A stretch of 63,963 nucleotides of DNA, the filler included, from Intoshia linei (lineage: Eukaryota; Animalia; Orthonectida), in assembly GCA_001642005.1 (NCBI GenBank). It is 9 parts of 9 records of this genome, joined end to end, with 100 filler letters (N's around TTAATTAATTAA, not from the genome) between each part and the next. Parts side by side here need not be neighbours in the genome. Positions count along the whole stretch, not along the records: positions 38,797 to 44,704 come from LWCA01001742.1; positions 44,805 to 58,583 come from LWCA01000995.1; 7 more parts are not named here. One strand, given 5' to 3'. Within the stretch, counting starts at the first letter, position 1, and each line of letters opens with the position of its first letter. The translations under genes and the position numbers were made by a program. The notes beneath the pieces were generated by a model. It made no database searches, had not been told where the DNA came from, and saw only the letters and a program-made list of their open reading frames with translations. Shown here piece by piece: positions 43,664 through 57,200 of the stretch.

Positions 43664-44469
43664 ATTTGATGTAATGTTCTAAAGTTGTTTATATTATTAT
43701 AATATATTAAATTTTTATTATAATGTGTAGTTTTAAAGTTTTATTTTAATTTTTGGTCAGATATACATGTAATTAATAATTATTATTAACCAATTTTGGT
43801 ATTACCTACTGATTTATAATATATCACTATCGTCCTATTCGAGATTTGAATATATCCTATTATAATAACTATATATTAAGGGTGTATCTTAACATTTTTT
43901 ATGTGTGGCCGCACTTGGAAGCATTTAACATTTTTTGGTGCATAACAAAATCATAATGTTTATATTTGTTGGATGTTTACTGAAAATCTTGACTATAGCA
44001 TCAGTTTTTGCACGGAAAAACTGGAAATTTAAGAAAAAAAGTTGATTCGGTAAAAAAATTGTATTGAAAAAGAAGGTAAGAAAAACAGCTATTGTAGTAT
44101 GTTAGTAGTATTATAGTACCTTTTCTAGGTGATAGACTACAGCTCGTTTCAAAAATAACGCAACATAATTAAAAGCTCTGTAATAATTTTTACAATTATT
44201 TTTGTGCTCACAGATTAAATTTGACATTAGTACAAATGATATTACAATAATATTTAATAATTTGAATAATCACAAAATATTTTAATTAAAAAATGTTATA
44301 GCAAAAAAACTAAATTTTAAATAATAAATGTTGTTTCAAAAATAACGCAACTTTTTAATTATCATCCACTGTTACGCTTTATTTGATATTAATTGTAATT
44401 ATTTTTTTTATTTAATGATCACATGATATTTTTGTACATAACAATTATACAATATTTAATTTTTAGCTT

Positions 44470-44704
44470 TATGACAGATAGAAAAACTCATTTATATATA
44501 GGGAACATTCAAAAGGGGATTTATGATATGATTAAACAATAACAAATTGTCTGAAATAGCGTCAACCTTTAATGTTAATAAATCGACCATTCATAGAACC
44601 TGGAAAAAATAAAATAAGCCCGACAAAAGAGGTAGGCCAACTAAAATAATACTAAAATAACACCTACCCTTGAACGATCGATAATAAGAAATGCATCTAA
44701 TTCT
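44470..44704 (+). mobile_element. possible Tc1/mariner N-terminal HTH remnant
   Basis: Fragments IASTFNVNKSTIHRTWKK and KRGRPTK; truncated by the linker. Confidence 0.4.
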
Positions 44705-44804
44705 NNNNNNNNNNNNNNNNNNNNNNNNNNNNNNNNNNNNNNNNNNNNTTAATTAATTAANNNNNNNNNNNNNNNNNNNNNNNNNNNNNNNNNNNNNNNN
44801 NNNN

Positions 44805-45271
44805 GTCCATTTTTCGATGAAATCAGTAACGTTGATCACTTAGAATTAGAGGTACAAGCAGAATTTGCAGTTCTTTCAAAAATAGCTGTAACGATTCTTC
44901 TTCCGTTTTCTACCACTTATCTATGTGAATTAGCCTTTTCAAAGATGACCGCAATAAAGACAAAATATCGTTTCAGTCTTAAGTATATATAAATGGTTCT
45001 AAGACCAACAATCACAAACATTAAGTCTCAATTTAATTTATTATGTCAAAAGCAACAATTACGTGCATATCATTAAAATGTATATAATTATTTTTATTTT
45101 AATGATAAGCGTTATTTTCATGTCTTCATTTCCAATGATTTTGTGTGTACATTTTTAGGCTACCAACTTAGTTATTTTTATAATAACATGTATATTATTT
45201 TGATGAACAGGGATCGCGAATAATTTTATTAGATGAAAAGGGGTCGTGAGTTAAAAAGAGTGAGAAGCCCT
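44805..45271 (+). mobile_element. right end of a hAT Buster-like element
   Basis: LLPFSTTYLCELAFSKMTAIKTKYR C-terminus; terminal sequence is the reverse complement of 30251-30320. Confidence 0.85.
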
Positions 45272-45454
45272 CCTCTATTGAATATCAATAAAATTTATTG
45301 ACATTGATTTGTGAATGAATGAATTAAACGATTAATTTTTACACAATTAATACGTTAATCCAAATGTATCACAATGAGAAAATCAATTTAGTTCATTTGT
45401 ATTTGTATACAATATTTTACCAAGGAAAATCTAAGGTAACTACAACTATCAGAC

Positions 45455-45817
45455 ATGAATCAGCTTCGAACTTTCTCTATTTTGAAACAACAATTACAAA
45501 GATGGTCAGAACTAACCCATAAAACTAGAAATTACCGACTAATGATTATTAATCGAAATAAACCAGATATTCGTTTGATGAGCACTGCAAACAAGCAACT
45601 ACCACCACCATTTCAACCTGTTGAAGCACGTCCAAAATATTTTGTCCTTCTTTGCACAATTATTGTATTTGGTGGAGTATACGTAGGATCGATCATGAGC
45701 AAAAACTGTAAATTAATTTTATCTAACCCATCTAAACTACATGTATTATTTTTAATACTAAATCTAGTTGCCAGCATGCTAATGGAAAAGAATATATTTG
45801 TCCCAGAAGATGATTAA
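45455..45817 (+). CDS. SMDT1: essential MCU regulator EMRE (60-nt intron 45708-45767)
   Basis: Arg-rich presequence-like N-terminus, TM ..YVGSIMSKN|FASMLMEKNIFVPEDD*, resembling EMRE YVGTLISKNFAALLEEHDIFVPEDD. Confidence 0.85.
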   Translation: MNQLRTFSILKQQLQRWSELTHKTRNYRLMIINRNKPDIRLMSTANKQLPPPFQPVEARPKYFVLLCTIIVFGGVYVGSIMSKNCKLILSNPSKLHVLFLILNLVASMLMEKNIFVPEDD

Positions 45818-45853
45818 ACATGGTTTATTAAAAATTGATGTACAAATAAAAAT

Positions 45854-46978
45854 TTATAATTTTAACCTTGTAAACTGAGTGCAATCTAGGTAATTGGCTT
45901 TACAAGCATTAAAACTGTACAAATGGATAAACCCATCACTACTGACGGCGAGAAGGTTGCCACAATTGGTAAATGAGACTGCGCTAATTTGTTCAGTGTA
46001 CAATGGAAATTTAGTCATTCCATATAATGAATTTAAATACGGACTAAGAAATCCAATTGAATTGATGATTGATTTTTTATTGAGAGAAGCTTCAGTAACG
46101 GAAAAAATATGAACAGTTCCCTTATCACTACTACAAATGATGTACGTATCATGCTTGAAAAATCTCAGAGAGTGCATTGTAGCATGATCAATTCCTCTTC
46201 TAAATTCGTGAGTATGAGTAGTGGATTCATTGACAGCATTGAAGATTCTAATAATGTTACCCAAAATTGACGTGACACAAATCATGTCCCCTTTATTACT
46301 AAATACTAAAATATTGACAGCTTCAGAAAAAGCACTGATAATTTTTGGACTTGCAGATTGTTTTGGGTTGCTTATAAGCCGTCTAATTTCAATTGAACCC
46401 ACTCTAATCGAGGGGAAAGCAACTTTTAGTGTATTTTCATGAAAGCTACATAATCCATAAGTGTTGTAAGGAGTTATAATTACAAACTTTGAATGTTTAT
46501 CGAATCTTTCCATCATTGGTAAATGTGTATCTGCTGCATATTCTGTGTAATTAAAAACTATAATTTTTCGAGTGAAACTTATAATAAAATAAGTTTTTGT
46601 AATAAACACATTGCGGAGTATATTTGGCTCATGACGAATATCTGCCAAGAGTGGATTTATGTGATCTGGTATAGATTTTTTTGCAAATATATCCGTGTCA
46701 TCTTTTCCCGTTATAGGTTGAATTATATCAACGTTCACATGCCGAGACAAATCATACAATATCAATTTTTTCAAATTTCCAGGTATAGCTATAATTGCCA
46801 CCATTAAATTTGAACTGTCCAATAAACGTGCCATAACTGGCACCCCGCCAAGTTGAGTGTTTGTTATTGTGTATATTTTTGCAGCCGGTTGTACACTGTA
46901 TATGCTAATATCTGTTGACATGCAGCAGCAAAAAAATGTCCCGGTCTCGTTTATAGATATGTTTTTAATTTCTTGCAT
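45854..46978 (-). CDS. WIPI3/WIPI4 (WDR45-like) Atg18-family PROPPIN, single exon
   Basis: GNIIRIF, EFRRGIDHAT, SSDKGTVHIF phosphoinositide-binding beta-propeller motifs; 374-aa ORF. Confidence 0.88.
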   Translation of the reverse strand: MQEIKNISINETGTFFCCCMSTDISIYSVQPAAKIYTITNTQLGGVPVMARLLDSSNLMVAIIAIPGNLKKLILYDLSRHVNVDIIQPITGKDDTDIFAKKSIPDHINPLLADIRHEPNILRNVFITKTYFIISFTRKIIVFNYTEYAADTHLPMMERFDKHSKFVIITPYNTYGLCSFHENTLKVAFPSIRVGSIEIRRLISNPKQSASPKIISAFSEAVNILVFSNKGDMICVTSILGNIIRIFNAVNESTTHTHEFRRGIDHATMHSLRFFKHDTYIICSSDKGTVHIFSVTEASLNKKSIINSIGFLSPYLNSLYGMTKFPLYTEQISAVSFTNCGNLLAVSSDGFIHLYSFNACKANYLDCTQFTRLKL

Positions 46979-47323
46979 TATTCTAAAATCAAAAATTTAG
47001 AATTCATCCATTGTTTACACTTTATTACTTTATAAAATTTAGAATTTCTCCTCAATGAGGATTGTTAGAAAACTAACAATCTAGTTTTACAGTTTATTGT
47101 ATCCTAGATATTTAGTATCTATTAGATAAATTCTATACTCTAAAGTTTATTATGAATTATAATGAAGACAATTGTTTTCATTAATTGTAATGAATTGACT
47201 GTGTAAATAAATAAATACAAACATATATGTTAGATTTATTACTAGATATTTGAGGAATTTTGACCAGAGAAGATTTGTCAAAAATCTGACAAGGAAAGAA
47301 AGAGTTCATATGATTACTGTTTG

Positions 47324-48247
47324 TAGAGCCGTTTTAAGGCATGGCAATATGGGCTGTAGCCCAGGGCCACTCATTAAAAAGGCCCCAAATTAATAAAAGT
47401 ACTTTACATTTATATCTTAAAAAGAGGCCCCAATTTATTAAAAAATACTTCATTTATATCTTGAGGAAACAGTTTATAAGTTTTGAAGTGTGAGAATTCA
47501 AATAGGTAGAAAGAAAATAGTTTAAAGAATCCAAGTTCTGATAATTATTTAATTTAATGTTATAATCTTACAGCAGCTTATAGCAAAGATTTGGAAAAAA
47601 ATGATTTAGTAATAGAATGTTAACAATTTAAATATTATTTTGATGGGGAACAAACAAGCAATAACATTTTTGATATGTATAAAGTTATAAAAAATGATAA
47701 ATTGGAGTCACTGTTTTCTAATATTGAAATCTGCATGAGAATGTTTCTTTCAATGATGTTTGTAAATTGCAAAGGTGAAAGAATTTTTATTAAACTAAAA
47801 ATAATTTATGAATGAACTGCGAAATTGCTTAACTCAACCTCGTTTGAATGCGTCCTCTTTAATGTCAATTGAGACTGATATTTTAAATATCAGTTTTGAT
47901 AATATCATATCTGATTTCTCTCAGAAAAACTTAAATAACAATATTTGTGAAGGATTGTCAAGAATTTTTTGTGACTGCATGGTGCATATTTTCAAATGAA
48001 AAAGTAAACTTTGTTTATTAATTAAGTAAGTTTTTGTAAAAGAAATAAAAGTTACTAGAAATCTACATAATATTTTTTAATGCTTTTATTACAACTCAAT
48101 GAAATAAGACTCTAAGTCTCCAGCCAACAGTATACCCTGTCTTCTAAAAAAAACCCTAATTTTTTTTTATCGCTTCGCTCAAAACTTTAAAGGGCCTTCG
48201 GCCCTTTGCTTTAGCCCAGAGCCACGAAGTGGCTTAAGATGGCTCTG
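47324..48247 (+). mobile_element. hAT (Tip100/ZMYM1-like) deletion derivative
   Basis: TIR TAGAGCCGTTTTAAG / CTTAAGATGGCTCTG; perfect TSD ACTGTTTG; dimerisation remnant FSNIEICMRMFLS..GER..LRNCLTQPRLN. Confidence 0.88.
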
Positions 48248-48929
48248 ACTGTTTGTGATCGAAATGTCTTCATAGTGGCGTGAAATTATAACAATGTTGA
48301 TGAAATATCATTATCAAAAAATAAATGTATCTTTGTGCTAACTAAAAAAAAATCAATCTGGAGGGAAGAATAAACCAACCTGTTGGAAATTTTTACCTGA
48401 TCAATATGATATGATGCAATTGATCATATAAAAAATTCAAAAACTCCAATAAGTTGTCAATTATGTCAAAAAACAAGAGAATTATTTGCTTTAAGTTTAA
48501 TCTATATATTTATGAATAATAAATTTTTATTTTTGTCGAGAAACCTCCAATGTTTCGAAAATAAAACATTTGATACCCTTGGGCTAGTAACTTGTAGGAT
48601 GAAATTTTTTGTAGGTGACTTAATTACTACATATTGGACAACATATGTGAGTAAAAGAACCAATTACAATTACCATTTCACTAAATAAATGAGAATAACA
48701 CAAATTAAATCAAAATTTTTATTTTTTTATATTACTACAATTTCAGAGTAAATGAGAAAGTTTTTCATATTTGTCCTTCAATATTATTATTCATCATTTT
48801 ATGCAATATTTATAGTTTCAATGAGTATAGCTTACCAATATCAAATATAATAGCGATTATTTCAATATTGCTCAGTAATATTTAATAATTTTTTTTAAAT
48901 GAATATATTTTAATTAATAATAATTGGGG

Positions 48930-49300
48930 CAGTTTTATATGGCAAAATGCCATTTTTTATACGATAATCAACACGAAATTACAAGCATCATGATATCAAT
49001 ATTATGTTTATTAATTAACTAATTAAAAATTTATAAAGTCAATAAATGCCATTAAATGCCATAAAGTAAGTTTTTTTTAAAGTATATTCGACTTAATCAA
49101 ATGATATTTATGATATAATTAACAATAAAATTGAACAAATGCCACCTTATCTATACAATTTATTAAGAAAAGCGCCATCTACCACAAATAGTGTTGAATG
49201 GAGTTTCAGCTTGTTAAAAAAATTGCTAATTAAACAGGCAATTTTTACCAGATAATGTTAAGAAGTATATTATATTATACTACAATAAACATTAATAATT
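48930..49300 (+). mobile_element. hAT-like transposase C-terminal remnant
   Basis: KAPSTTNSVEWSFSLLKKLL resembles the hAT-type T-x-x-x-VERSFS motif. Confidence 0.45.
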
Positions 49301-49580
49301 TTCAGTTTCTTGTTATTCATATTTATTATTACACGCATAAATATTCCTTATTTCAAGTTTTATTCATATTAATTTATTATGTAAAGTGAAAAATTGCCTT
49401 GATAATAATCAAGCTAAAGATTTTGGATTTGAAATTTATACCAATACTAATGATTTTATAATCTTTATCAATTTTTAGAAAAAGTCTGGTTAATAAATAC
49501 AGATAAATTAAATTTTAATAAAAATTAACATTAAGTAACAAATAAATATAACAAAATTATTAAGGGGTACAAACTGTAAT

Positions 49581-50818
49581 TTAAATATCTATTCCTAATT
49601 CAACATTAGGAATCTTTATTTGAGTATCATTGAAGTCGTCACCATTGACATTAGATTTCACACAAATTTTATTCCCATTTTTTTCAATATCTGAATTTTG
49701 AGAGTTTGCATTAATGTGATTATGTGTGTTACTGTTACAATCTGAGTAAATATTGGGTTGTGGTAGATTCATCATATTTATATCTAGGGTACTTAAATTT
49801 TGTTCAGTTTTAACTGAGCATGGACAATCCATATCTTTATGTTTAAAGCTAATATTGAAAAATTCATGTCCATCAACACTTGTCAATTTAGTGACATTGA
49901 CAATTCCTATACTGTTAAACGCATCTGTTGAAATGGATTCTCGTAAATGTAAAGGTATATGTCTTTTAATGTGAGTTTTGCATTTGTCCCTTCGGTAAAA
50001 GTTTTTTTTGCATACTTTACATGCAAATCGGCGTAACCCTGTGTGTATTGGTCTATGTCTAAGAAGACTACTCTTTGTCGTAAATTTTTTCGTACAACTG
50101 TGACAAATATATGAATTGTGTACCAATATGCAGTGTTTAAAGTACTCGTTTACGCATATATTCACTTTACAAATATGACATGGTATTTTTGAATCAATTT
50201 CTAAACCTTCTCCCAAATATTCACCAACTTCTTCCTGGTTTAATTGTTCTTCAGTCATTCTACGACGTTTTGGTTGAGATTGCACAAATGAACCATTTAA
50301 TTTGCTGGTTGGAAAATCATGTGTAAATGTTGTTAGTAAATTACTGACTGTTGAATTTGACAAGTCTATTAACACACCGTTTTGTTTAATAGAGGTTTGC
50401 AAGGGTCCACATTTTGATGTAGTTACATTTTTTACGGCTTTGATTGTAGACCATTTCACTGGCGTGCCAACTTTTCTCTTGTTTTTTTGCTTTGTTGCTT
50501 GCTCATTTCCATTTTGATTTATTTTTACATCTAATGAAAATATTACATTGAATAAATAAAAATAATAATTGATTTTTAAATTAATTAATAGGAATGTATA
50601 TAAATCCCCAGAGTAACCTTTTCCTAACGGGAAATCACCAAAAGGTAAAAAAAAGAAAAATATAAAAAACCTGGGTTAATCAATGTATTGTTGAACTCTA
50701 TATAATGTACTTGATCGTCTGTTGTCAGTGCCAAAATACCCATAATGTCTAATTTATCAGAAAAGGGTAAATTATCTGCACACATTTGTAAGATTGCACT
50801 TTTAAGTGATTCATTCAT
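49581..50818 (-). CDS. C2H2 zinc-finger transcription factor (exons 50671-50818 and 49581-50530; an upstream exon is possible)
   Basis: CHSCTKKFTTKSSLLRHRPIHTGLRRFACKVCKKNFYRRDKCKTHIKRH plus an atypical first finger; NLS-like PKRRR; phase-1 splice keeps frame. Confidence 0.85.
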
Positions 50819-52667
50819 CTAGTTTTAATGTGAGAGAAATCAATGAAACAAATCAAAAACTGAAATGGAATTAATTCGGATATCAGATGGAAAACTAAAT
50901 TATATTGAGTGTAGCTTATACCAATATGGTTACTTCGCACCAGAAATAATCGCGGATTGTGTTCAAGTGGGATGTGTATACAAATAACTAGCAGACACTG
51001 AGCGTTTGTAAATATGCATATATTTCACGCATCATAATCAGGTCTACCACAAAATTAAATTACGTACCTTATGAATACGAAATATTACACAGTGTATAAT
51101 TAAATTAGTACATATGTAATCTTGGTTAGGTAAAATTATCAAATCAGTTTCTTTAGATACACATATGTGTGGCATTGTAATACAGCAACCTCGTTGTTCG
51201 CCGGTTTCCATGTAACAAATTTTATTGATTATCTGTGTTACGCGTGTAGCTACAATGTAGAATCTGCATTTTAGATATTATTTGTATTACAATTAACTAA
51301 CCTAAAAATGTATTATCAGCCTATATTATCTATTAACATTATTTTGGGATTCAGATAGCATTCATACAATTTTATGAAATATTAAAATGCTAAAATTATC
51401 TGAAGTAAATTTAAATGTATCTCAGTGGCTTTGGCAGAATGTCTCAAATATCTCACTTTTAGTGTTTGACTTATTTCAACAAATTTTATGTCCTATTTTC
51501 CATATATTAATTTAATCTTTTTAAAACAGGTCCATAATCAATATCTGATTCTTCAGAGAATTCGAAAAAAATTTTTCGATATTCCAATAAAAAGTGGATC
51601 AGTCTTTTCTCCAGTCATAGACCCACCAAATAAACTGTTGTCCTCTACATCTTTGTTTTACTACAAATATTATGATTTCAGAAGTGGCTAGAGTTTTTTT
51701 AGATCCCCGTGTATAGTATAATTCAGTTTCATCATAATTCCATACATCGTCTGGCTTATATTCAATAATTTTTTTTATTATATTATTTGAAAAAGAATTT
51801 GAAACGTTTAATAAAAAATACAGTTAGAAAAAAGTGATTTTTAGAAATGAGTTAATACTGACGTAGAAAAATAGAAATTTTGACCCATATAATACTGATT
51901 AGATAAGATCTTAGAGATTATATAATATGACCATATAAGATGATTATTTACTTTTTCATTTTTATTTTTAATTCAACACTTGAAAAATATTGGTTCATAA
52001 AATATTAAAAATTATTTTTCACCGGCAATGCGTAGATTTCTGGGGTTAAAATTTTGTAATTATATCAACTGGAATAAGATGTATCAGAATTATTTTTTTT
52101 TTATTGTACGACTGTTAATTATTTTAAATTTTAAGTTTAAATTATATAGTTTTATATATATTGATATTATTTATAAAATATTTAATAGATAAATAAGTTT
52201 CCAGAAAATAGACTTATCTTATTTTAAAATTAATAATTTATGTATTATATCTTTCAATATTTAAATAATATTATTATTTGCATAGATTTTTTATGGCAAT
52301 GATATTTAAATTAAATTGGAAACATGATGAAATAATTGAAATTTTTTTGAGTTAATGTCAAATTCAACAATTTATCTAAGAGTCTAAGGTTTTGATAAAA
52401 CAATTTAATTAATTTAATTTTTTGATTTTGGTGAAATATTTAGATTAATTATTTAGTCATGTTTTTGGATTTTATCACCATCGAGAGATTCATTAAACAT
52501 ATAACTAACCTAAATTGAGTTAGTGTCGTTCTCTTAAATTACACAGTATTTCGATTTTATGTTTATATTCAAAGGGTTTGGTAAAATTACATTATTACTA
52601 AATTTAGATTTAATCTAAATTTTTTTTTCTAATAATTATAAATAAAAAAAAATTGTTCACTAAAGAG

Positions 52668-53013
52668 CAGGGGTGTCAGACTCAATTTGCTTGGCGGGCC
52701 AAATGTAAAAAAAAATTATTACGCGGGCCGCACAAAATAAATCCTTATTAAAAAAATTATGTTAAAACTAATAGATTTAATTAATTTATAATAATTTTAA
52801 TTCATAAAATAAAACATAATATAATAAAAATGGAATAAGTGTAAAAATAATGTTAAAATTGTAATAATGAATAACTGAATCATGAAAAAAATATAAAAAA
52901 ACTGTAAAATAAGAAATCTGTGTAAAAAAATGAAAATTTATATTATAACGCGGGCCGCACATTCAATAATTGAGGCCGCAAATGACCCGAGGGTAGCATA
53001 ATTGACACCTCTG
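52668..53013. mobile_element. hAT MITE (same family as 27450-27789)
   Basis: CAGGGGTGTCA ... TGACACCTCTG; TSD CTAAAGAG / CTAAAGAA. Confidence 0.88.
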
Positions 53014-54228
53014 CTAAAGAAGTAAGGATTGGTAATAATTTATTTTGATATTTTGATTTTGGGTTGGAATAAGACTTTTTTTCATAAGATTTGGTAAAAT
53101 TGTGTTTTTCAAAAAAATATAAGAAAAAGAAGATTTTCCCTTAAGGCTTGGTAAAATTTAATTTTTATTGTTTGGTTGAAATAAGAGATTTTTCTTATAA
53201 TATTTGGTAAAATTTGCTTTTTATAAAATATTTTGGAAAAAGGGAATTTTCCCTTTAATGGTTGGTAAAATTGGATTTTTTACTATTAGGTTTGATTAGG
53301 TGAATTTGCACATCAGGTTTGGTAAAATCGGATTTTATAAAAAATTATTGTAAAACGTGGATTTTTTCTTAAAGGTTTGAAATTGTATTTTTTATTAAAT
53401 ATTATTATATTTTATTAAATGAAAGGCTAAATCGCAATAAAATGTAAATTATAACACAAATTGTAAAATTTTATAAAAAATAATTAAAATCTATCTTATC
53501 AAAAAATGGGTTTACTAAATACAGTATAATGATATTCAATACCAATTTAATAAATACTTAAAAATACTAATTATGTATTAATAATTAACTTTTTTTAACC
53601 AATTTTTTTAAATTTAAATTTATTGATTTATGATATCGAGATTAAAAAAATTAATATTATGAAAAACTAAGAAATAATTTTATTATTATTTTTCTAGTTA
53701 TAAAATATTCCATATTTCTGCTTGTTTGTTTTTCTTTAAATATTCCGGCTTACAATCTTATAAATTTACGAAAAAATAAAATAATAAATTCAGAAACATG
53801 CATTTTATTATTATAAATGGAATGATAACAATGAAAACCTATCGGGTAGTTTACATTTAAGTATTTGTGTATACAAATGCATTTACATGTTAATATTATG
53901 TCATTGTTGCATTTTTCTAAATTGTAAATATAAAATAAAACATATACAATTAACTAATATTACATAATAAAAATATTCTAACATTAAATGCATGAATCGT
54001 CTTCTCAAATGTAGGTAGACTGGAATAAAATAACACAAATTTCCATTATTAATAAAATAAATAACAAAGAAAACTTTACATATATATTAATTAAATATGA
54101 ATAATAGAATTTTGGGAATAATTGCGACTATATAAGAAATAATATTGTTTGTATTAACCATTTTAATTTTATCTTGTTCTATAGTATTTCGATTATAAAT
54201 TTACTTTTAATATTTTCAAAATAAAAAT

Positions 54229-57200
54229 ATGCATCTTCTAATCAATGCTACTATTTTGTTGCTGATAATCTCATGTTCAATTTCGGCTCAGACAGATATT
54301 GGAGGTATACACATTTTAATAAATATTTTAATATTATATTAACGTTTGACTTTTTACAATATTGTATTTATGCAGCTTTGTATATATAATATAATAAATA
54401 ATTTTGGCTGTCCGCTCATTTCATCGTAAACCGTTTCATAGTATTTTTTCATTGTAACTCATAACATTCATATTATATTTTTTATGCTTTTGAAATCTTC
54501 AGTAATCGTGGAGCTAACGAAACCAAACTGAAAATCTATATAACGCAATAAAAAATATTAACTTAATAATATTGAGCTTTTAACATAAAAGTCATCTGTA
54601 AAATCCAAATGGATTGAATTTGATATTTTAAAATAACAATAAATATATCAAAGTCAAAATCTACAGTGCAAATTTAGTTTATTATATTTTTTATTAATAT
54701 ATTCCTAAGACTAACTGTTTTAAGAACTGATTTAATTTAATTAACAATAGTTTGATTTATGTTTAAATATAATTTTTATAATAATGTAGGGTCATGTTAC
54801 ATGTCAATGAACGAACAAGATTGTCTATCACTTGATTGTAATTGGAATCTTTCTTATATGTACTGTCAAGGTAATAATAATTTAATAATAATAGTTAATA
54901 AGACTTATTATTATTATTTATTTCAACACAATAATTTTTAGATAGACATAATTTCATATTGCAAAATGGTTGCCTACATAAATAATTTAAGATTTCCCTA
55001 TATTTTATTTTATCAATAGTTAATAGATTTATATTATATTTTATACATCTTAAAGTTAATTAAAATTCTAATAATAATGTATGAACTGTCACACTTCATC
55101 CAGTACTCCAGTTGATTCCAGTTTTTAGTTTTGGACAGTGTACAAATATTAAAATGTTGTTTGCGAATCGAATACTTATTTTTTATTCTTATAAATTCGA
55201 ATTACTATTTATGTTAGCACATTTTAGCGTATAACATATTAAATTCTAAAATTTCCGTAAAATATACTTAATTTCTATGTTCAGAGAGATGCGATACTGC
55301 CGCTGATTACCAAGAATGTATGTGTAAGGGTTGCTTCTGGAGTTCATCATTGATGTTCTGTATTGGTAATATTAACTAAAAAATGCACTATATATTATAT
55401 ACAATATACCAGTGATTCTCAACCTGTGGCCCGTGTAGCCATTATGATGCTCGTTGAATATTTTACATAATTTAATTTAAATTTATTCGTACTAAAGTAG
55501 TGTGCCTAGTAGGCATACTTTTACATTACAACTACAGAAATTTTTCAATTTAATAAATAAATTTGAAAATCTTGTTTCCTATGTGCGAAATATTTTGTGT
55601 ATGTCTAAGCTATTACTTGGCAAAATATTTTATAAAAGTAAGATCAGATGCAACCGACAACTATGAGCGGCGAGATAAAAGTTAAGGAATTCACGATTTA
55701 TTTTTTATTATTATCATTAATAATAATAATTAATAATAAATTAATAAATAATAATTAAATAATAATACAATGTATATAATTAATAATGATAAATAATGAT
55801 TCATTATTTATTTGAAATAGAACCATGCTACCGACATGATAATGAAAAAAATTGCAACTCAGGGAATTGTCGATGGGATAATCTTAATATGTATTGTCAA
55901 GGTGAATAAAAATTATAGTCAAATATTATAGCATAATGGGTTGTAAACAATTTAAAACTCTGATATGTTCAATAATCAATTCATATTTGTCTTAGAAATA
56001 TGCGATTTGGCCAATAATGATCAAGACTGTATGCAGAAGGGATGCCAATGGAGTTCATCGTTAATGATCTGTAACGGTAATTTTAATACTATGAAGTGAA
56101 TATATACATTAACCAGCATGAATGTTATGTACTTTGTATTAACATCAGCTATCTCTACGAAAGATGGACTTTTTAATTTAAGACGATTTTTTAATTATTA
56201 TAGACAATGTGTGTGTATTATCCTATTTCCTCAAACACATTTTTTAAGAAATACCGAAGCTTTTCAGCTAAACGAACCATTTCTGACCAACCTGCCATTT
56301 CAGAATGTCCTGTTCAGAATATATTTATAGCTTTTGTTGCTCGTTATTATCAGACTGATTATATCAATTTTCCAGAGTTCGGTAAATGAGTTGCATGCAA
56401 CATGTTTAAGTGTCTTGGAATGCTTGTGATTTTCATGTATCATGAGACTTGACATTGGTGACAATTGTTAACCATTTGAGTGATGTTGGCGGAAATGTTA
56501 GGAAAAAAAATTTTTGTTTAAGAATCATGTAAATTTCATTATTTCAAGATGACATAATATAGATTCGTGAAAGGTTTATATTAATTTATTTGTATTTTTA
56601 ATAGGAATTAGCGTTTTTCGTTATTTTTTCCTTTGAACATAAGGAAATTATCATTATAAAATATGTTTTATCCATATTTATAAAATTTGTTAGATCTATT
56701 CAATTTTTCGGATAACTTGAACTAATATAGTAAGATAACTAAGTTTGAAGAATTTATATTAAATATATTAATGGGTCAATATCTGAAAAATATTGTTTGC
56801 TTTGAGACTTATATATAAATATTCATTTTTGTATATTAAATTGTATATTTGAATGGTGTTATCGCCGAATCTATTTAATTTAGAGTCTACCCTACATAAT
56901 TTCCATTAGATATGTATGCAATAGATCCATCGGTGTCCCACACTCTAAAATTTTGTATTTCTATAGATTTTACATACTCTGTATTTTGTTTCCTATTCAG
57001 TGTGTAACAAAATTATTAATAATTGTCGTATACCAAACCAGCAACCGATAGATAAACTAATACTATCATTTATAATTTAAAATATAGTTCAGAATCTGAA
57101 CTTCAGATTTAATTTAGTATTTTAAACAGCACAATTTATTTATACTTTATGTTAAAAAAAATAAATTAACGTTGAAAACCTAACTTAAAAATCCTTTTAT

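Noticed and set aside
53020-53390. Regularly spaced TTGGTAAAAT units resembling a CRISPR array
   Set aside because: Eukaryotic context, degenerate units, non-unique spacers and no cas genes; it is a minisatellite
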